NCBI GenBank assembly: GCA_030704615.1
Contig: CM060731.1
Coordinates: forward strand, 11,036,001-11,100,000
Source: Takakia lepidozioides
Taxonomy: Eukaryota > Plantae > Bryophyta
Direction: 5' to 3'
DNA length: 64,000 nucleotides
Shown: positions 12,391 to 26,900 of the stretch, in pieces
Position numbering within the stretch: position 1 is the stretch's first letter
Layout: every line of letters starts with the position of its first letter
The notes under the pieces: generated by a model
Database searches by the model: none
Told to the model about the DNA's origin: nothing
What the model saw: only the letters and a program-made list of their open reading frames with translations
Position numbers and translations under genes: made by a program

Positions 12391-13556
12391 TTAATTACCT
12401 TCAATGTTTCCAGATAAGCTTGGGCGGTTCTCAACGTCTTTGAACTGGTGGTAGACTTGTATTCAAGTTTTCACAAGAAGGCTGTGAGAAAACCTGACAT
12501 AGAGTATGTGGTTCTAAGCAAGATTTTTCAACATGAAATATGATGTTTATGCCACAGATGACATGTTGCTGTTTTTTTTCTTTCGTTTATTCTCTTTTTC
12601 TGGGTGGGGGTTAGGGGGTTACTTGCTTTTGGAAAAATTTCACCAACAACAAAAATTTTGGATAGTGGATTTTTGAAAGTATTAAGTTTACAATGGGGAA
12701 CTTTGCCTGTGAAACCTAGTTCTTAAAGGAAGAAGTTAATTACTAAAGGATAATCGCATACCACGTCAACTGTGACATTTAAGCCCCCTCCAATGTCATT
12801 GAGGTTTCAAAGTAAACCTCAACCACAATATTTGCTCAAGCCATTTCCTCTACGCACATATGAGGACCCACTTAGCCTTGCCTCTCGCCCCGCTGAAGTC
12901 TGTCGATTCGTGCTTACATGGTCCCCATGGTCCCCTTAACCCCCACAGGTTCCTGTGAAGTGTGTCCCCTCCACAGGTTCTCAACGGCGTTTACTAAGGT
13001 ATGGAACCGCGATCACAACTGCCAACAAATCAAATAACCGCCCAACACTGGACTCCACCCCGCGAATATAGTGGCTCATTTCAAGGGAAGTGACACCAAG
13101 TTGACACTTGCTTGAGCAGAAGTCAAATTTCTTTTCTCATTCCATGAAGATATCAATATAGTAAGAGAATACTCCAGCCAAAGCCAACGTAAATACGGCA
13201 AACGCCAACACCCTATCTCTATTATCAATATAGACATGCATATTAAATTCCTAGCAAGTCAGCGAACCTAGGGACCATGTGGGTGTTTGGGCCATACTTG
13301 GACAAATGCCAATTCTAGTCCAACGAATTTCACACCACTCACAAAGAATCTCAAATCTTCCAAATAAAATTTCCACTAGGGCCCCTGTCCCTTGTTTATC
13401 AAAATAAAATAAAAATCTCAAATAGTTTGAGTTGTATGGACGAAATATCTGCCCATGTATTTCTCATATGTATTGTGTTCAAATGGGTTTTGGTTAGATT
13501 ATAGAACTGATCTCAAATATCAACTCATTTTGGGACTCCCCAATACAATGATCATG

Positions 13557-13557
<1 letters not shown>

Positions 13558-13601
<44 letters not shown>
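13558..13601. repeat. (CT)n(CA)n compound microsatellite
   Basis: Direct reading of the sequence. Confidence 0.9.
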
Positions 13602-15861
13602 TGGTCAGAGGGAGTCACAGGGACTATGTTTGCTTTGTGGGTATTTGAACAATTGACATCCCTGGGTTTCTTCTTCCCAAATATCGTGTTTTGTAGTTTG
13701 TGGAGAATAGATAATTCACTGTTGACTAAATGTAGGGGTGGAATCAGATGATGTGGAGGGGCGTTAACATATGCTTAATACAATAAGAATACTGGGAGTA
13801 ATCTGCACGACAAGCTGCCCAGTTGTTGGGTCCAGTGTGTTTGGCAAACGCAGAATCCATCGTGTGATCCGCTGTTGTTTGTCGCATGCATGTTCGCTGC
13901 ATATCCGATACACTCCAACGTATAAGTAGGCATGCAACCGTGGTGGACCAGAGCAGCACATTTTATATCCAAGTTTCTACTGTGGAAATGCATGTCGGAA
14001 TGATAGTTTGCGTCCACCACTCCTTCGTGTTAAATCGTGGTTGTGCAGATGAAATTAGTCTCTACACATGTGAAGGAAGTTGCCAGCCTGCGACCAATTA
14101 AAGCGGTCGGCTAGATTTGCTTGCTTCTTCGATCTGCTACTTTGGCTGCATCTGCAAAAGTCTTTCCTCTAATCTGGCCCTGATCTCTACCACATCTCCA
14201 CACCTGCATTCACACTTGGCCACTTGGCCACTACCGTGTGATCAGGGTGTGATCCGACTCTACTGTCCCCAAAGATGCTCCTAGATCCCTCCTGGAAACT
14301 GCCAGGGGGATTACACTCGACTCAGTTGGGGGGAATTCACAACCGGCCCGGCCATTATTTCAAGCTGGACTGTTTGTTTTGTGGACATTCTATACATGAC
14401 AAAGAGAGGTGCAAGGAGACACAAGCTGTGGAAACGCTTGGTGGAGAATACGAGTATACATCCTAAAGCGCAGGATGTCCTCTAAGAGTTTGAGGATCTG
14501 AGATATGCGTCAAAGGGAAGGAGAGAGCAAAACTACTAAAGCCTGAAGGTATATTAGCAGCTAGACGTGCTGCTTCCCCTCTCCCGCTCTTTCTCTCTGA
14601 TCAAAGCTGGGCCCGGACTTATTTCGACAACGGAAACGCGAGCGACACCAGATGAAAGTTGGTCGTGTATATATGATGGTCATTGTTTCAGTGTGTTTGA
14701 ACCTCATAATCCCGACAAGGAGCTAGCTGTATCGTGTGTTATGCCTCTGTCATGAATTTCACGGATGGTCACGATAATATTTAAACAGATGCATGAAGGG
14801 GCCCGCGAGTATTCGACGTGCTAAGGGTGGTGGATGGAGATACACTCAGAACGATCAGAACGTCCTAGGTAGGTGGAGAGAGGAAGAGAAATTAGGCAGG
14901 CATCAGAAATCGGTAGAAGTAACATGTACTCAGGTGCAGACAATGTCGTATGCTATATCCTGTTGGCTAAAATCTCCAGAACTTGTAATGGAGGATTCAG
15001 AATTGAAGAGAACATCAATATAGAAAACCAAGTGGCAGGTCCCTCCATCGATCCTTGAACAGGAAATTTTTAGCTCGTATAAGTAGGCCACTGACCAGTC
15101 AAGAATCGTCTGATCTTCGTAACTAAACCCCTCTGCTATGGATGAGCAATCTCTGCAGAGACAGAATAATGTCCTTCTGGATTTCGCTACACAGAGCTTC
15201 ACGGACAAAAAGTAAGGGTGTTATGTCTCCACCGCTTCCATGGGACAAAATCCTTCCCCTCTCGAGGTAACTAAACACAACTACCCGTCTCAATCCCTGG
15301 ACTGTGTGAGTCGACTCTGAAACAACCCGGTGCCCTGGTGATGGATGTAGAAGGCGTGTAGATAGATAGTGAGTTAAATGGGCTGAATCCATGTCCGCTG
15401 CACATGTATAATGACTCCTAGAAATTTAATTAATCTCGAGATGTCCCTTAATTTATTGCCTCATGAGGATAGCGGCGAGCATGCTGTTGGACTCTCTGTG
15501 GCTAGTCTCAAAGAGGCAGGTAGAAGAAAAGAGACTCGTAGCCGTGGAGGAAAAACGACTTTGTGCACTAAGGTCACATATGCATGTTTAACGTGAGAAT
15601 ACCACGCATATTGTGTCTGTTACAGCTGAGCGCATGGTCGTCATTTACTGAGCTGCGGATTGATGTTGGTGCAGGATCGAAACGAGCGCCATAGATCCCT
15701 ATCAATTCCAGAAGACCGCATCCGGATGTTAAGACCTCTCTGAATCTCAAATAGATAACATTTGATGCCTTCCACCTTCGCCGATACCGTACACTTTTCT
15801 TCATCTCAGGTTTTGTGAGCTCGAAGTCAAATTATAGGAGCCCTACTGGACGTCACACAAG

Positions 15862-18623
15862 ATGGCAAAACCATACCTCTTCACCATTATTGTCCTTTCT
15901 TCCATGCTGGCAGTTCCTATCTATGAGGTTACAGGTCAAACAACACCGATTCAGACAGAGGCTTTGCTGGTTTTTCAAAAGGCTGTGGACCCAGGAGGAA
16001 AAAGCCTGGGTGGCATCTGGGGTGCAGGAAACCCCTGCAGCCCATTATGGAAAGGATTACGTTGCAAAAACTCAAGCGTCACCGCCATCGATTTGTCCTA
16101 TATAACACTTGATGGCTATTTGCCACTCACGCTAAGCAAGCTGCCCATGCTGCAGGTCAGTGTCAACTACCAGTAACGGTTATTTCTTTGTTTGTCTAGA
16201 TGATCTTCGCAAAGAATGAGGAATAATTTTTGGGTTTGGTCATTCTATAAGTCCACTGATTTACCACCTTAAAGAACAAATTTTACAGAACAGATCGTGT
16301 TCTAATGTTCAAAATCTTCTTACAATGGCTCGTTGCAGTTGCCTCTTCTTCATTTCTTTCGTGGTCACTTAATCTAGACACAACGGCTTTAGTTAGAAGT
16401 ATTCAAAAACTGTTTGTTCATGCTATCCCTGGAAGTAACCATTGACCAACCCCTCCAGCGGTTTTGCTTGGGGAATGAAGTTAAATATAAGAACAAATAA
16501 AAGAGTTCCTCTACCGTATGCATGAGCTTGCGTATCATGATGGAATAGAGTGGTGCACACTACATGTATGAAGGAGAAAGCTTGAACTTACAAACTATAT
16601 CCAATGTGTCAAATGTCGTATTTGGTTCCAACTCGGATTGAATATGTATGGCTGCAGACGCTGAACGTTGCCGGAAATGCGCTGATCGGCGGCATTCCAA
16701 TGGATTTGGCCGACCTCGGGGGCATACAGGTTGTCAATCTTTCACACAACATGCTCGTTGGCCAAATTCCAGCTTTGATTGCGAACATATCCACACTCAC
16801 CGCGCTTCTACTGGACGACAACAATTTTTCTGGCAGTCTTCCCGATACAGTTGTCCCACAAAACTTCGACGTAGGTAACAATAATCTCAGTGGTTCGATT
16901 CCATCAGCATTAGCCCAGAAGTACAGTGCCCAGGTTTTTGCTGGTAACCGCTACCTTTGTGGTAATCCTCTAGCTGCATGTCAACATAGTAATAGTACCC
17001 AGTCACGGTCCAAGCTGCCTGTAATCATAGGGGTTATCGTGGCGGGAGCTGCACTTGCTTTGCTCGTCGCCGCTGTTGTTTTCTGCTACTACAATCGTCG
17101 AGTAAAGTACTCACGATGGGTGGCTTCCGAGGAGAAGCCTCCAAGAAAAGGTGACGAGATGGGAGAGCCCCTGTCGGGCACCTATTCCGAGAACTACAGT
17201 GCCTACTCTTCCCAAGTAGCCCCTGAAGATGACAAGGCAAAACTAGTCCTCATTGATGGGAGCCACCGGCCTTTTACCCTGGAGGATCTTCTGAGAGCCT
17301 CGGCCGAATTACTAGGAAAAGGAAGCTTTGGGACAGCGTACAAAGCAGTGCTTATGGAAGGCGCCCAAACCGTAACTGTCAAGCGACTGAGAGATTTAAA
17401 AGAGACAGGGAGGAAAGACTTCGAGAAGCAGATGGCACTTGTGGGGCGACTCAAGCACCGTAACGTCGTGCCCCTCAGGGCTTACTACTACACTGACGAG
17501 GAAAAGTTGGTGGTATATGAGTATCTTCCTCATGGCAGCCTCTTCTACCGTCTTCATTGTAAGTACCGTTCATTGCTCATTCCCTCTAGGTTTGTGTTGG
17601 CCAGCCGACATACTCGATTATGTTGGAGTAACCAATTTTGAGACCTGTAGTTCCCAAATCAAAGATATTGGACTGCTATCACCCCATCAACCGTAATTGT
17701 TGAACTGGAGGAAATTGAAGGGATGAATTCCAATCCATGACAGCAAGACTAGGTAGACTAGTTCTGAAGAATATTTAAAGTTTCGTCCAGCTCGGTATGA
17801 GACTAACCGATCAGATGTGGATCTGTCACAAATTTGCAGCAGCAGATCCAAACCTAGAACCTCTTAACTGGAATTCTCGTCTGGGGATCGCTCGCGGGGT
17901 TGCGCGCGGACTTGCCTATCTCCACAACGCATGCGAGGCTCAAGCAATCCCACATGGGAACATCAAATCAACAAACATCTTAATCGACGAGGAGGAGGAG
18001 GGCTGCATTGCAGATTTCGGAATGGCGCCTCTCATTAATCCAGCAGCGGCCACATCTCGTATGATGGGATACAGGGCCCCAGAGCTCCATCAGACCAGCC
18101 GCATTTCCCAAAAGTCTGACGTTTTCAGTTTTGGCATCTTAATCCTTGAGCTCCTAACTGGGAGGGCGCCTGCTCAGCAGTTTCAAGCAGGAGATGGAAT
18201 CGACCTTCCACGCTGGGTGTGTATTTCGGCCTGTCCCAATCCGTGTTCATGGGTCCTTGATCTAAAATCCTAGCGTGCTCTAAATCTTATGTTTGATGTA
18301 CTAAATGGGTATACGTGCATGATACGGAACTGCAGGTGAACTCCGTGGTGAGAGAGGAATGGACAGCTGAGGTATTCGACAAAGAGCTTCTCTCCAAGTA
18401 CAGAAAAGGAGAGGATGATATGTATGCCCTGCTGAAGGTGGCCATGGAGTGCGTAGCAAACAACCCTGAAAGACGCCCCAAGATGAGCAAAGTTGTGGAA
18501 GATATTGAAGAAATTCGATCTTCACCTGCAAACTCACCCCTCCGACAGTTCACAGACTACTCAGCGGAAGAATTTATTTCCGAGGACTATTCTCTCGACT
18601 CCAAATCTTTCCCTCGTTACTGA
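15862..18623 (+). CDS. LRR receptor-like kinase, LRR-III atypical (probably inactive) type; exons 15862-16155, 16658-17558, 17840-18216, 18336-18623
   Basis: Signal peptide, LRRNT (W..NPC..WKG..C), LRRs, GNRYLCG.PL cap, TM helix, FTLEDLLRASAELLGKGSFGTAYKA, HGNIKSTN (HRD Asp replaced), KSDVFSFG, VVREEWTAEVFD; splice phases consistent. Confidence 0.93.
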
Positions 18624-19996
18624 AGGCCACACTCAACAGCACATACAGCATGATTGTTCATACCAACACAGAAATCGGTAAAAGTGACTCGGCCAAGTAC
18701 ACCTCCAACCGTTGTCACCTTCTTGTAGACTTCGTAGGTCTTCTTCATGGATTTATGCTGAGAATAACTACTTGGAATGAGTTTAACATTGCATAGAAGT
18801 CCAACAGAATGTAAGTTAGGTGTCCCATACCTTGAATTCCCAGAGGATCTTCATGCATCAAGAGAACTTGGAAGCCTCTATTCTATTTGGTGGGCATGCA
18901 TGGGTCAAGTCTATAGGTAGCTGACAACCACGGTTTTTTTTGGGGAGCTGTCTTGTAACTAAAACAGATGGGTAGTCAAAGGTCCATAGGAACTGAGAAA
19001 GCGTAGACTGGTTATTCCAATAAGGTCTTGGATTTGGTAGATATTTCTCCTAACAACGTCCATTTGTATGCAAGCAACAAGTTGAGGACTCAACATCAAC
19101 CCAAGCTTTCTACCTTGGGATGTACCTGTTTCATGGGCCATAGACTGGATTGGGTGATTAAAAATTTTAGTTCATAGTTTTGCTTCCAGACATAGATACA
19201 CTTTTCGGAAGTACAAACAGTGAAAGCCAATGCAATCGAATAAGGTGTGGAGGCCAAAATCAAATCACTAACAAAAGACAGGACAGTTTCCCTCCTTGGA
19301 CAGCAATCGACTGCTGACAAATGGTTCCAGCAATACTAACAGTTGGACAACATCCAAGGATTAGAAATCATGAGCAAGGGTGCAACAATAGTATAAGAAG
19401 CTGCTTTTTAGTGGCGCAAGTCCTACCAATCCCGAAACTGAACTTTTGAGTCATGAGGATGGTGGTCAAAACCATTGAAGACATTACGGGACTCAAGACA
19501 ACAACAACCTTGAAGAAAAAAATTAGTTCCAGTTGTCACACTCATAGTTCTGACTTTCCAAAATGTAATCTGAACAAATAATACCACAAGAGACTCTCCC
19601 TGGCCAAGAAATTGCTCCCTACCAGTAACACCTCATTGTAACATATACATGACTACAACTAATAACTGCCTCTTTTAAAAAAGTAGATGAAGGTCAGCAT
19701 ATGAAAGGGCATTACCAACTTGTTGGGACCTCTCTGGCTAGTTCAAAATGTACACAAAAGCTATCTCTGGTAACCAAATATATACATTCCAGATGCTACA
19801 GACCATGTAGACCCTTCCAACTCCGACCCCTGCCTGAAGTCCTCGTAAGAACAGATAATGTAAGTATTCACAATCCGGGATGCCCACGTTTAGGCATATC
19901 CTTTATGCACGTTGTGGACAAAGTATGACTCAAAACTTTACTCTGTAGAAATAAGATGCTTCTAAACATGGCGCAAATGCTCTGTTTGCTTTGAGC

Positions 19997-21680
19997 TCAG
20001 AAGGTGTGGTACAAAGCAGCTGTGAACATCACAGCCATGGATGCTGCGAACAGAGCAACAACGCCTGCTGGGCTGCCTTCTCTCTTCACAAGACACCGCT
20101 CCCCTGCACAGAGAAGTCCAGGGATGTCAGGAAAAGAGCAAGAAGGGCAAGGAAGAATGGAGTTGACAATGGGGGAAAGGTTGTGGGTGTGGCCAACTTC
20201 TCAGGGCCCACCTTGACAATCAAAAGCATTCGTTGAGGGGGAAAGCCCACTCTCTAGGCAGCGCAGACACCAAAGAAGAGTGACCAACAATGTACTCGTC
20301 AATCTGGGACTGTCATTCCATGTGAGTTTAGGAACTGCCTTTCTGCATGGAGCAGAAGGGGTGGAATTGCGGGAAGAGATCAATGGGGTGGAAGGGGGAA
20401 ATAACCAGTGCCAGAGCCTCCAGAAAGGAGGACTGGAGGGGGGCAGTGAAGGTAAGATGGCTGCATTCATACCTGTCCAACCCATGACACCCAGAGATGC
20501 TCCAAGACCTAGAATATATGCATCAATTCCTGTTCGGCTGCAATACATCCAATAAATTAGATCTCCATTGAAATCAAGTTGGAGAGATATAATCAAGAGA
20601 CAAAAAAGGAGCTGTCTTACCTTGCAAACGGTAATGAATGAAAGGGGAAATTAAAAAGGGGCAAACTTGACTTCCTAATGACAATAGAAAGAGAGAGAGA
20701 GAGAGAGAGAGACTCACGCATTGAGGCGCATAGCAGCAACTGCTAAAAGGCCAAACAGACCTAGGCCTATGCGAAAAAAGTCGTAGTCCAGACTGTCCTC
20801 CTTCACCCAAATTGCAATACAGTAGCCCAAATGAAATGCTGCAAATGCTAGGGTCAGAACAGGAAGCAGAAAGACATGGTCATCACCATCATCATCCCCT
20901 CCACCACCTCCCCCATCACCTCCTCCGTCATCTCCCCCCTTTCCATTTCCAGGAGGTCCGCCTGCAACATATTTTCCACAATTCACTATGGTGGTGCCTT
21001 CCATTGGTGCCTTCCAACCCTCCAGCTGTTAATTTACAAACCCTTAGTCAAGCCTAGTAGCTTAACCTTCCAACACTTACAACTGCACATTGGGAGTAAG
21101 GCGAAAGGAGTAGAATTGTTTAAAATGAAAGAAGAAAGATGAAGCTACCCGCAAGACATGCCGTGCACATGAATGGTCAGCCCCAGACACCTCATGCCAG
21201 CAGTAAAGTGTTATTACGAACAGTATGTGCGTCGATCTATCATACAATATCTAAATACGCGGATGAACAAGGAACCTCTGGGAAGAAGCACTCAGACACC
21301 ACAAACAACCTACCTGTGGTTTCCTTCATTTGGCTTGCATCCTTCCTCCCAAACCCATTCATCATCTGCATTGCCCACGGGCTGTACCTGATCTCCAAAC
21401 CAGTGCGCGCACTCAGATCACTCAACTGTCTCTCCAGAAAATACTCGGGAAATGGTGCATCGTCATCTCTGAAGCAAACAATGGATGGACGTGCCACAAA
21501 TGGCCATGAAATGCCGGAGTTTGTGGTCTCCAAGGCCAGCTTTGGCACCATGAAATCTTCCCATATTGTTCGAGGGAAGAAAGATTGCACTGTGATACTT
21601 GTGCACTTGTGAGATGCTGAAAAAGCTAACTGCCGCGGCAGACTGGCTTGTGACCAGTAAACCCCTACACATTGTGCCAT
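19997..21680 (-). CDS. Tmemb_14/FAX (fatty acid export)-like plastid membrane protein; exons about 21680-21314, (21082-21081?), 21025-20718, 20537-20473, 20103-19997
   Basis: Transit-peptide-like N-terminus, Gly/Asp-rich linker, about 4 hydrophobic helices ending GER...PAGVVALFA (compare FAX MGxR...PAGVV). The last three exons join in phase; the first junction is unresolved. Confidence 0.7.
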
Positions 21681-23567
21681 ACTGACCTGCCCTCTTCCCA
21701 CTCTCCTCTGCCTACTCTGGCTTTGTGAAGGACAAGGGTGTCCAATATATGACTGCAGAACTAGGCAAAGCATGATACCAAGTGCAAAATACCTGTATCT
21801 CTCTATAGTTGCATATTCCTGAGCTCCATACCGAGCTTCATTTGTGTCTACAATTTCTGATTTTCTCTGATTGGGAAGGAAATCTTAGCCTATGTTGCTA
21901 CTTCCACTTATCCATCAGGAAATGCTGTGATGGACAGTCAGGTCCAAACCTAAATGCCGTACAGGACACCCACTCAAAACAGATCAGCAGTGCAAGACAC
22001 AACTACAAGATCATGCATGATGTTCAGGTATCACGCTCCATAGATTCAAGTTCTCATGCCCAAGGACCACCAAAGTCCCTTGCCAGAAATACCTGCGAAA
22101 CCAAGGACTCTCATTTTAGCTATGCAGCTGCACAGTATACTGGAAAAAAAAGTGGAACCTAATTTGAGCAAATCATATCTTCTGCATAGCAGATGCTCTT
22201 AGTGTGGCATTGCTCGCAAGGACGAAGACCGACGACACTCACAACACTCCTAAGAGTTTGAAGGCCCGACACACTCTCTCGCACTTTTTTCTCAATAGAT
22301 TCTTACACACAAGCTGCAAGCTTTGGACCACCAAATAACATGAATTAACTTATTGTCATTTTAAGCCCCTTTGTACACAAATTCAGTTGTAAATTAAGTC
22401 CCTTTGAAGTTGCAACTTTGCACCACCACACTTCAAATTGAAGTAATTAATCAAATCGAATCACTGACAGGGAATGCCTTCCCCGTGACCAAGAAACCTG
22501 GTCGATACGACATCGATCGCCCCTACGATCGATGACCCAAAAATAACCACACCTCAGCACGCCCTAAAATATCCGCTCAAATCCAGAGCACGCTTCTATT
22601 CCAACCCCCTTCCACCTCACGATCACCTGTAAACAGCCGTCGACATACCAGCACATAATCTTTCAATTGAGGCCGCCTCCTGCTCCTCGATCACCTCTTC
22701 AAACACAAACACCTTCAATCCCACATAGCAAGATGCATCAGCATCTCCAGATTCAGAATGCTCGATCAAACATCAAAACAGCCCCCGGGCGGATCTAGTC
22801 AGACTGCATTTCCCGTCTTCACTTGTGACATCCTCACCACCGCTCCCCCGCAAGCACGGCTCTTCCTCAATCCCTCTGCCTCGCGTACAATTCATCCACG
22901 TGGCAGCACGGCCTTGGTCTTTTCAGATGGGTCCACACAACAAATACCTGGCTAGACTTTGTCTTTACGTTTCTGCAATTATTTCCATACACGTGGATAA
23001 TATCTAGACTGCCGTAACGGATTCATTCATCTTTCATCCATCCTCTTTCGGCCAGGGCGTGTGACGCCACAGTCACGGGAAGCTTGTTATATATCCCGCG
23101 TCTTTTTGGTTCCCACGTCACGTGGAGCGCACATAATGAATGACAAACTCCATAATGGATGAAAAATGGCCGAAGTTGGAACAGTGGTATACTGGCAAGA
23201 TAAGCATGCCCACTGTCCTTTCTCGACACTGTCCCGTCCGACATTCCTGTCCCTTGGGATCCTTATCTGCAAAGGCACCAAACGTGTGACATCTTTTTCT
23301 TTTTCTACATATGTACTCAAGCCCCCAGAAATGCATCTACTGTAGCAAATGTATGTTTGGATTGAGTCCACGGAAGCAGCAATGCAGTATGTGGATATAA
23401 TTAGTGAGAATACAGTATTAGCAATATCTCTAACGTTGTGTAAGACTTATGTGCATTTTCTGGTGTATCAAAAAATCCATGGATGATAGGCCAATTATAG
23501 GGCAACAAGTCCAGGACTCACCCTTCTCTACTTTTGATGATGTGGGATGAGGAAATCAAGAGTGCAA

Positions 23568-23980
23568 TGTCACAGCCTAGATTAGCAAAGGTCAGTTATG
23601 GGCTTAAGCAAGCCATAAATAGTAAAAGTATATGAAAGGCTTTAAGCAAAGCCATATATAGTAAAAGTATATATATAGACTTAAGCAAAGTCTAAAAGAA
23701 GAATAGAGCCAACTAAAACAAAAAGTAAGCTATAAGAGCATGGAGGGATATCAGGAATAGCTACATCCTGGATATCTTAGAGCAGAGGGGGGTGAGACCT
23801 CAAAGAGTACTTAAAGGGGATCTGGTGCTAAGTTGAGGGAGGAGAACACAGTCAAAGAACAGAAGGACAAGTAGTCAGGAGAGCGTGATGATCAGACGTG
23901 GTTACTCTGAGTCTTGATAGAGCAAGGCTCAGAGGTGGCTTAGTTGTTAAGTACTTTCCATACGCGGTTTGATCGTTACG
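23568..23980 (+). repeat. 5' LTR of a Ty3/gypsy element
   Basis: TGTCAC...GTTACG bounded, with internal ~38-bp tandem repeats at 23603-23690, followed by PBS-like TCGTATCAGAGC (iMet type) at 23983-23994. Confidence 0.6.
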
Positions 23981-26900
23981 TTTCGTATCAGAGCGATACT
24001 AGAGATGACAGATCAGGGGAGTCAGGGTGCAGATGTACCACCAGTTGAGCTTAGGCCACCAGTAGAGGTTAGGCCCGAGTTTAATCAGCCTCCTCCGTTA
24101 TTGTTTCAACAAGTGTCGGAGGAATTACAGATGATGAAGGCTAGTTCAGCGCAGATTAGCCAAGTCGTAGGTTTGGACAGACAAACCAGTCAGGGAACAC
24201 TGCAAATGGGTCGCAAGACTCGTGTCATGAAAGACTATAGTTCACCAAAGTATACGGGTACAGAGTCTGTTCGTACAGTTGATGCAGTAGAGTAGTGGCG
24301 CTCTAAATTTGAGTAATACTTTCCCCTATGTTGCATTGAGACCGATGAAGCAAAGATTTCAAATGCGGTGGTGTACCTGTACGACGCGGCACATCGTTTG
24401 TGGAGGAAGTTGGAGGCTGATGCAAAACTTCCCGTCACATGGACAGAGTTTCGGACAGTATTCAATACCAACTTTGTACCACCAGACGAAGAAGGCCGAA
24501 ACATACAGTCGTGGAGGTATCTGAGACATGGAACTTTAAGTGTTCAGGCATATGCAGATAAGTATCGTGATCATACCTTAAAGTTGCCCAAGGATGTCAC
24601 TGATGCAGTACAACTTGTTTTCTTGGTACATGGTCTTAAAGATGAGATTAGACCCAATGTCCAAAAAGCTAGAAGTGCGTCTTTGCAAGATGCAATAGAA
24701 CTAGCTTTGATGTACGAAGGTAAACAAAATTGCATCAAGCCAGAGAGGCTGGAACCAATTATAATCAGTCAAAACGATTTTTTGGAAAGTCAGCCAATTG
24801 GGGAACCAATCACTTGAGTGAAGGTTGGATTCAAAAGGAAAGATCCCCTATGGCTGAGAGGGTTTTTCAAAAATCAGTATTGACGCCAGAACAAAAAGAC
24901 AAAGCCAAGAGAGAAGGCTTGTGTTTTGGATGCCTAGGGCCACATCAATGGAAAGAATGTCCACAAAACAGCCATAAGAAAGTGGCAATGGTGCAAGTGA
25001 GAACCCAGGGGGATAATCCTGAAATTGTTGGTGGACCTTCCAGAAAAGCTTTCTTGGTGTCCATGAAGAAGACGGTGTCGCATGCACGAGACTGCTTCCT
25101 CTCGCAAGAGGCCAGCAATGGATATCAGTTTGAGGGAGCACATCTGATCAAGATGATTGGAAAGGTGCAAGGTGAGAAGGTACTTGTATTGTTTGACACT
25201 AGATCCACACATAATGTAATAAGCTCACACCGGTTAAGAATTGAATTTACCCATGGAGCCTTCATCATACCAGTACACGGTGGAGATGGTTGATGGCAAG
25301 GGAACGGAAATATGGAATAAACGAATCCCAATTCTCAAATTGACCATACAAGAGTATTCTGAGAAATTGAGTTTTGAAATTCGCTTATCTCATATTTCCG
25401 TTCCCTTGCCATCAGCCATCTCCACCGTGTACTGGTATGGTGAAGGCTCCATGGGTAATTTCAACTTCTTAACCATGTGTGAGCTTATCTTGAACTTAGA
25501 GAAACTTTGTTCTTTCCGTTTCACCCAACCATCCTCAATGGTGTTTTGTGGGACTTTAGTGGTGGACGCAGATGAAACTGATCCATCCACTCTGCGCAAT
25601 TTTCTTGATTAACCCTTTCCCCACACCTTAGGATATGCTCATCCTCTCTTTGAGCTTCTCTTATCTCCGCTAGGAGATTGCTCTCTATTACTGTAAAAGC
25701 CATCTGATACATAATACGAGACAATGCATCAGCTACCACATTATCCTTACATCTTCGGTACCGAATCTCCATGTGGAACTCCTGCATCAATTCAGACCAT
25801 CGAGCTTGACGTCCTTTGATATCATGTTGGTTACAGAAATAAGTTACAAGTGTCTTCTGATCTGTATAGACCGGTAAACACGCCCATACAAGTAGTGCCT
25901 CCAAACTTTTAAGGCATTTATAATAGCATACAACTCTTGCTCATGTATGGGGTATCTCTGTTGAGTTGGATTAAGCTTTTGGCTGTCAAAAGTAACTGGC
26001 CGACCCTCCTGACTTAGGACCGCTCCAATAGCAATGTGACTAGCATCCGTTTCCAACACAAAAGGCTTTTGTAGATTTACAATCTTTAATACATGTACTG
26101 TAGCTACAGCATGTTTTAACAGATCAAAACTTGCTTGTTGTAACCCAGTCCACTCGTATAATCTGCTACAGTGTAACAAATCAGTAAGCGACGTTAATTC
26201 GTGATTAGTCCTTGATATACTTCATATAGAAACCAGCAAAACCCAAAAATGACTACAGCGATACTACATCAAGTGGTCTAGGCCATCTGAGTATGACAGT
26301 TACCTTCTTAGGATCTATCTTGACACCACCCACACACAATGTGTCCTAAATACTCCACCTCAAATTTAAACCACTCAAACTTGTTTGGATTAGCATACAG
26401 TGTAACTCGGCATAAGATTGTTAGAACTTGACGGAGATAAACCACATGTTCCTCAACTGTTTTACTGCCACAAATTTTGTGGTCAAAGGACCAAACGCAT
26501 AACCAAAAAAACTCGAAATGACACAAGACTTGGTTCGCGTAGAAAAGCGTGTGATTGAAAGCACAGAGGGGGAGGGGGCCTAAAAGTATTAAACACTGTC
26601 ATCCTTCATCTGATGATAGCCGCTCTTGAGATCAATCTTGCTGAAGATTGAGGCTCCCTGTAAAGCATCCATCAAATCATCAAATTCGAGGCATAAGATA
26701 TCGATAACTTGGACGAATCTGACCCAACCTTAGGTACTCGTCCAACATTGTTCTAACCACCTCTTCTTCCTTTAAACTTGTCCTATAAGGAGGTCGACTT
26801 ACTAGACTAGATCCAGGTATAAGCTCAATTCGATGCTCAACATTCCGTCTAGGAGGCAAATGATCCGGCAACTCTGAACGAAAAACATCTGCAAATTCAG

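Noticed and set aside
20812-21057. His-rich plus-strand ORF
   Set aside because: Antisense shadow of the Gly/Asp-rich exon of the FAX-like gene.
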